Shown here: in pieces, positions 58,663 through 64,000 of the stretch | Layout: every line of letters begins with the position of its first letter | Position numbering within the stretch: the stretch's first letter is position 1 | DNA from: Raillietiella orientalis | Taxonomy: Eukaryota | Reading direction: 5' to 3' | DNA length: 64,000 nt | NCBI GenBank assembly: GCA_036172245.1 | Contig: JAYWIR010000015.1 | Location: 1,364,001-1,428,000, forward strand | Notes under the pieces: generated by a model | Told to the model about the DNA's origin: nothing | Database searches by the model: none | The model's input: only the letters and a program-made list of their open reading frames with translations | Made by a program: the position numbers and the translations under genes

Positions 58663-59198
58663 ATGCGACCCTGGAAGCCCCCTTCGGCGTGCCTCTGTCT
58701 CTCATCCAGCTCCCGATGAATGTCATGCAAGAGGTCTGCAGTTCCCTGAAAGAACCGGGAACGAGCGTCGTGAGGTTCTCCCGCGATTGCTGGATGCGTC
58801 CCGTCCCTATGCATCCGCTGCTCTCCGAGACGGAGCACGAGATAGGCTACGTGTGCAAGAAGTGCGAGTCCACCTTCCCGCTGCTCGGCTTCCTGCAGGC
58901 CCACCAGCAGGGCACGTGCCTGTCGGCGGAAGTGCGGGAGAGCTGCCCTCCCGTGCTGCGCCTGGTCGAGGTGCGGTGCTCCTGTGCCCTCTGCGGTGAC
59001 CACTTCGCCTCCCCGGAAGACTTCTGGAACCACTGCGAATCGGACAGGCACTGCAGCGAGAAGGCCAGGCTGCGCGGCGGCTACGGGTTCCAGGACGAGA
59101 CCCTGGCCGAGGAGCGCCTTAGGGAGTGGGAGAGGAGCAGGGCCGCCGCTGCGGCTGCAGCGGCGGCGGCGAAGAACCCTCGGGAGTGCAGCATTTAG
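58663..59198 (+). CDS. zfh2: zfh2/ZFHX terminal coding exon C (two C-terminal zinc fingers)
   Basis: Acceptor tgtgttttccAG ends 58662. The phase-1 join (A+AT=Asn) enters the frame of ORF 58689..59198: NATLEAPFGVPLSLIQLP...GYVCKKCESTFPLLGFLQAHQQGTC...CALCGDHFASPEDFWNHCESDRH...RECSI*. GC3-rich codon usage like the other exons. Stop TAG 59196-59198. Confidence 0.85.
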
Positions 59199-60282
59199 TA
59201 TTCCCCTTCCCCCCTGGCGGCCCGTGCTCTCCCGCGCCCCGTTTCCAGGGGCGACGACGCGTTTGCCCTCCTTCCGCTTCGGCGCGCTGTTCTGCCAGCC
59301 AGCCGTGTTTTTGTTGTCCACGTTGGTTGCGTCGTCCTTCCACGAAAGGGTCACACCACTCGCAGTGACAGACAATGCTCCTTTTTTTTGTATTTTTTTT
59401 TGTATTTTTTGTTGTTGTTGTTGTTTTGTCTTTTTTTTTTTTTTTTTTTTTACCTTCCGTTCCCCCCTTCTCCCCCTCCCCACCACCACCATCCGCCGCC
59501 CCTCTGCCCCCCCTCCTGTCCGCCTTTCCGTTGTTGACTGTTGTTGTTCGATCGACTGATCTGGTTTATTTTCTCATCTGGCCTCGCAGCCTTCTTGGGA
59601 TTGCTCGCAAGACGCTTAGACAAGAAACCCGACTCGTCTCCACGGTACACAGTTCCTATGGTAACGAAGACACTTAATCTGGATCCTTCTTATCCTATAT
59701 GCATGTGAGAAACTTGCGGCGGCTGCTGCTGCTGTTTTGCCGTCGTGTTGAGTGTGAAAGTGCGAAGATAAGAAATGTGATACTGCGGACAACTCGTTTG
59801 CTACTGCCCCCCCACGGCCCCTTTCCCTCCTCCCCCCTCCGGCTCTTTCGCCTCCACCCTCTTTTTTTGCGGGTCCCTCTCACCCGTCTTCCTTCTCTTC
59901 CCCGCTCCTTGTTTGGTGCCTCGGAGGTGCCATTCGGGGTAGCAGCGGTACGAAGCCTCCACAGGCCTTTCCGGACGTCCGTCTTCCTTGCTTTTCTCTC
60001 TCTCCTCCTCCTCCTCCTCCTCCCCCATGCACGCACTCACGCAAGCTCACGCACGAAGCACTCCAGTTGTATCTACGGCCCCCTCCCCCTTTCCTGCTCC
60101 CTCCTTCCCGGGTGTGCGATCAATGCCGCTTCTCCTGAAGCGAGAAAAAGGAGGAGAACCAGCGCCCGTTGAGGAGCGTCCCGGATCCCTCGTCGCTTGG
60201 TTCCTCCTCCTGCCCTCCTTGTCCTTGGTCCCCCGTGCGAAGTGTGTGCCAAATCCCGGTATATCGCCACCGCCTGTTTTTT

Positions 60283-60345
60283 TATATATATATATATATA
60301 TATACATATTTTTTTTTATTTTTTTTTTGTTTTTTTTTTTTTTTC
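60283..60345. repeat. (TA)n followed by poly-T tracts
   Basis: Directly visible, within the putative 3'UTR. Confidence 0.93.
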
Positions 60346-61742
60346 TTTAGAGGGAAGCTTTTCCCTTCCCCCTCTCCCCTCCCCGCCGTCCCCCTTACCA
60401 CCACACAGCAATAAGACGTTTCGTCCCTTCCTCCTCCTCCTCCAAGGTTCCCTCCCCCAGTACCTCCCCCTTTTTTCTCCCGCGCGTGTCCCCGAAGTCT
60501 CCCCGTTCCTACGGGAGATGCGGCGGCGGCGACGACGCCCTCCTGGCTCCGCCGCCGCTGTCATCGTCAGAGGGTCGGAGGAAGGGGGAGAAGGAGGAGA
60601 ATGGTCGCCTTCCTCGGCCGTCCGGCAGTCCCGGAGGGCGACCGCTACCCCTTCCGCCCCTCCTTCCCCCCACCCTTGCAACGTTCCTCTATCTAGTTGT
60701 TAGCAGGAGAGCGTGACCCGTTCTCCCCGTCTTTTCGCCGTTGGTGTAGTTCGTCGTCCGTCGACCGTTGTATCGTTGTCTTTTCCGTTCCTTCCGTTTC
60801 GTCCCCCTCAGTTCCTGTGTTTCGCCCGGATCTGTTTGACACGAAGCCAGTTCCAACCACGCTGTTGTGCGCCCCACTCCCGCGTCCTCGGCAGGACGTG
60901 CCACACCCGCAGTCGAAATCGAAGGGACCGACTCTTCGCCCAGGATGGCGCCCGATTACACCGGCGAAGAGTCCCACTACATTCCATGAGCACTTGAGAT
61001 TTTTGACTCGACGAGGACCAACCACAACTCCTCTCCTCCTCCTCCGTCGCTTTGTGTTTCTCCTCTCTTCTCTCCTTTTCCGTCCCCCGCCCTCTGCGGC
61101 ATTCTCCCCCCTCCACTACCATCACCAACACCACCACTGCTACCGTCTCTTCACGTCTTTCGGCCGCCGCTGCCTCTGCTGCTGCTGCTGCCTGCTGTGT
61201 TCCTCCCCGGAATACCTTCCCCGTTCTGGAGCAGGGACCTGTTCCCCGCTTCCGACCTCGTTGCCTTCTTCACGCCAGTACCTGAAAGAAAAGCAAGAAG
61301 AAGAAGAAAAAGCATACACGCACCATACATACACGCGGCGCCCTTTCTGTCTCGCCGTTCCGTTGGGGAATCGGCTTCCCCTCCCTCCTCCTCCTCCTCC
61401 CCTGCCCCGTCGCCTATCCTCCGCCTCCTGAATCCTTCCGAGTCTTCCATACGGCCGTGCATGTTTGGGTGGCGGCCCCTTTCCGACTTTTCGTCTTCTC
61501 CTCGCACCAAGTCCAAGGGATAAACGTGAACGACACGCGCCAATTATCACACTGCTGTGATATCTATTTCTATATGTCGATAACAGAGTTATAGAGTATA
61601 TTTCTAACGCCATCTCCAAGTGCTGATTAGTAACCCTTTAAAATGGAATGATCGAACCATACGCACGTACACGTACACGCAAGCGCGCGCGCGCTTAGCA
61701 AATCACTCATTTCGACGTGCACGCGTACAACGCGCGCGCGTA

Positions 61743-61763
61743 TACACACACACACACATACGC

Positions 61764-61813
<50 letters not shown>

Positions 61814-61840
61814 ACACCTACATACACACACGCACGCACA
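61743..61840. repeat. (CA)n/(CATA)n microsatellite
   Basis: Directly visible. Confidence 0.95.
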
Positions 61841-62585
61841 CGGAAGACAAACCGAAGAAACCTGGCTACAAAGACAAAAAAGCGAAAAAAGCAAAAAAAA
61901 ACAGCGACACCTGCCTTTACCTCAGATAAACTGCAAAGTTCCTATTAGGTTTATAGCTCATGCTCCGGATGCAGCCGTCCTCCTGGGTCCGGCGGAGCCA
62001 CGCGCCACCCCACAGTCCTCTTCCCTCTCTCGGACCCCCTCCCCGCGTAAGAGACGCGCGCCCCTCGCGGGTCAGAACGAGGCGGAGGGAGGCGGGAGGA
62101 AGGGTGAACGGAGCGGAAGGGATGGGCGGGAGAAGGAAAAGCGGCGGGGGAGCGACAAGAGAGAGAGAGAAGGAAAAAAAAGGGACCCCCGCTCGCCCCT
62201 GCTCTGCCCCCCTTCTTTCCCCCTCCTCTCCCCCTTCCTTCCGCTGCCGCCTCGCATCCCTCTGCCACCCCCGAGAGGGACAGCTCTCCTCTCAAAAGAA
62301 GACAGAAGCAAACAGCAAAAGGGGGTCAAGAGAAGGGAGAGGGAAGAGAGGAAGAAAACTTCCCCCGGGTCCGTGGAATGTTCCTCGGTCGCTTCCGCGG
62401 CCACTCCCTTCGGTCCCAGAAAGCGTATTTTCCCGCGGTCCGCGCAAGCGCGTCGGTCCAGAGGACGTCTCTGTCTCGGAGAAATTTGTAGAACACTGTT
62501 TTTACGAAACAAAGGGTACGTATATTTTGTATAAGTGATATTTTTAAGTTAAAGCTAAACGAATCCTATGTAACTCAATGGGAAA

Positions 62586-62591
62586 AATAAA
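62586..62591 (+). terminator. Candidate polyadenylation signal (AATAAA)
   Basis: AATAAA at the end of an AT-rich block with upstream TGTA motifs; sequence reverts to GC-rich afterwards. Confidence 0.5.
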
Positions 62592-64000
62592 TAACTATGT
62601 CACGCCGCCGGCGTGTCGTCAATTGGTGCCACGGGGCCGCCCGCGCCGCAGCGCAAGAGACCTTCAGCAGCGGCAGGCACTGCCGGCCTGGCCCTGCAGC
62701 CGCCTTCCTCCTTCCCCTTCCTTCCAGGAGAACTCTCGGACCTGCGCCAGGCTGGAGCGGAAGACCCCGGAAACGGGCGTAGCCCTCCCCTCGGGAGAGA
62801 GAGGCGGCCGCCTCGGACTTCTGCGTGGGGGCGGGGCGCCGGAAAGACCGTGGTTTCCTCCTAGGGACGGCGCTCCGGGCGTCGGAGCAGCGGAGCAGTT
62901 GCTTCCGGAATGGCCAAGCCTGACCCCGCCGGGAGGAAGGTCCGTCCCCATCGCCATCCCGCCTCGCAGGGAGTCGCCCGGCCATCGCTGCCCCCGACGG
63001 TCCTCGAGGAGCTTTGGACGGATCGACGATCTCCAGGGAGGCTTCTGCCGGCGTCCTTCGTCCGCCCGCTGGGCTGCTGCTGCCCTCACCCTGGGGTCCA
63101 CCTATTCGTCGTTGTCACCACTCTGCTGCTTGAAGGGGGGGGGGACGCCTAACTTGCAGCTGGACGGTGGTTTCCTGGAAACCCTGGCGCCCATGGTCTC
63201 CGCCGACGGCATAGGCAGCTCCCCCACTTCCAGGTGCTCCCTCGAACCCCCCAGGATCTTATCTGGGGAAGGTGGGAGAAGTTTTTGCCTCTTCCTGGCC
63301 CACTTTCGAGATGCTGGAGGAGCAGCAAACGCGGCACTTTTCGCGCTCCTTCGCGGTCGCTACGGAGACGAATCAGGAAGCGTGGGCAGGCGGAAGGGCT
63401 CTGGAGGGACGAAAGCCAAAAGAAGGAAAAGCGCCCACATTCCATTGTCTGGTTCCCCCCAAAGATCAGACGTCCCTGGGAGGCCGCGCCACTCCTCGGC
63501 CGTCGACGGGACTCCGGACGAGGTCAGCTGACGAGTCTCTCGGAGCGCCTCCTAGAGCTCGGGTCGGAACCAGGCAAGTCTCGGGGGTGTAGCGGGTGCG
63601 TCCGCTCGCCCAGAAATGGTCCAGAGGCCGAACCACTCAGATGGTTTTTCTCTTCCCCTCTCCTTCTCATCTCTCCTCTGCACGGTCAGCGGACAGAGCC
63701 CCTCCTCTCCTTCCCTCACGTCCCCTCGAACCCGCCTCGCGACGCTCGCCCGTTCGGAAGGCGCTCAGTCTCTCCCGGAGAAACCTCTCCAGAATGAGGA
63801 GGGGGGAGCTTCGGGACCCAGCAGCGGCAGCATCCATTAGCCGTCGCGACCTTCAGGCCTCCATCCCTCCCTGCGTGCGCACGTGGTCGCCGTCTCTTTC
63901 CACCTGACCTTTCCTCGAGGCCTCTCTCGGCAGCGTGCCCGCCAAGGACTCCGGGCACTCCCGTCGGCAAGCCCCGCCGTCGACCCTTCTTGGAGTCCCC

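Larger units (their letters stand above)
59199..62610 (+). other. Putative long (about 3.4 kb) 3'UTR of zfh2
   Basis: Follows the stop codon. Contains U-rich tracts and AT-rich blocks (59560-59790, 61520-61650, 62480-62600). The first canonical AATAAA I found after the stop is at 62586. Confidence 0.5.

Noticed and set aside
59184..59198. C-terminal RECSI as a CaaX prenylation signal
   Set aside because: Cys is third from the end, not fourth
62900..64000. Protein-like fragments downstream of the poly(A) signal
   Set aside because: No consistent frame or motif; possibly decayed transposon, not callable
1..64000. CRISPR arrays, tRNA/rRNA genes, prokaryotic operons or defence systems
   Set aside because: None seen; the sequence is a spliced eukaryotic locus and the repeats are microsatellites or transposon relics

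Overview
GC-rich, CpG-rich eukaryotic genomic DNA, probably from an arthropod or other protostome; the species cannot be determined from sequence alone. The window holds one well-supported gene on the + strand: a zfh2/ZFHX3-ZFHX4-type zinc-finger homeobox transcription factor. I reconstruct its CDS as join(36505..39907, 40481..46366, 58663..59198), 9825 nt or about 3274 aa, with 4 homeodomains and about 23 C2H2-type fingers, and both introns are phase-compatible GT-AG. A correctly spaced Inr/MTE/DPE core promoter sits at about 33669 and a long 3'UTR probably ends near AATAAA 62586. The 33 kb upstream and the 12.3 kb last intron are non-coding. They contain simple repeats, decayed non-LTR retrotransposon fragments (L1/Tx1-like and RTE-like), one direct and one inverted repeat pair, and short AT-rich islands carrying homeodomain, POU, Sox and Onecut-type motifs. 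Nearly all other ORFs in the track are artefacts of GC content. I found no evidence for a wholly new biological system. The most interesting leads are regulatory: tandem splice donors at both ends of the gene, candidate alternative terminal exons, and a K-box sequestered in a hairpin.
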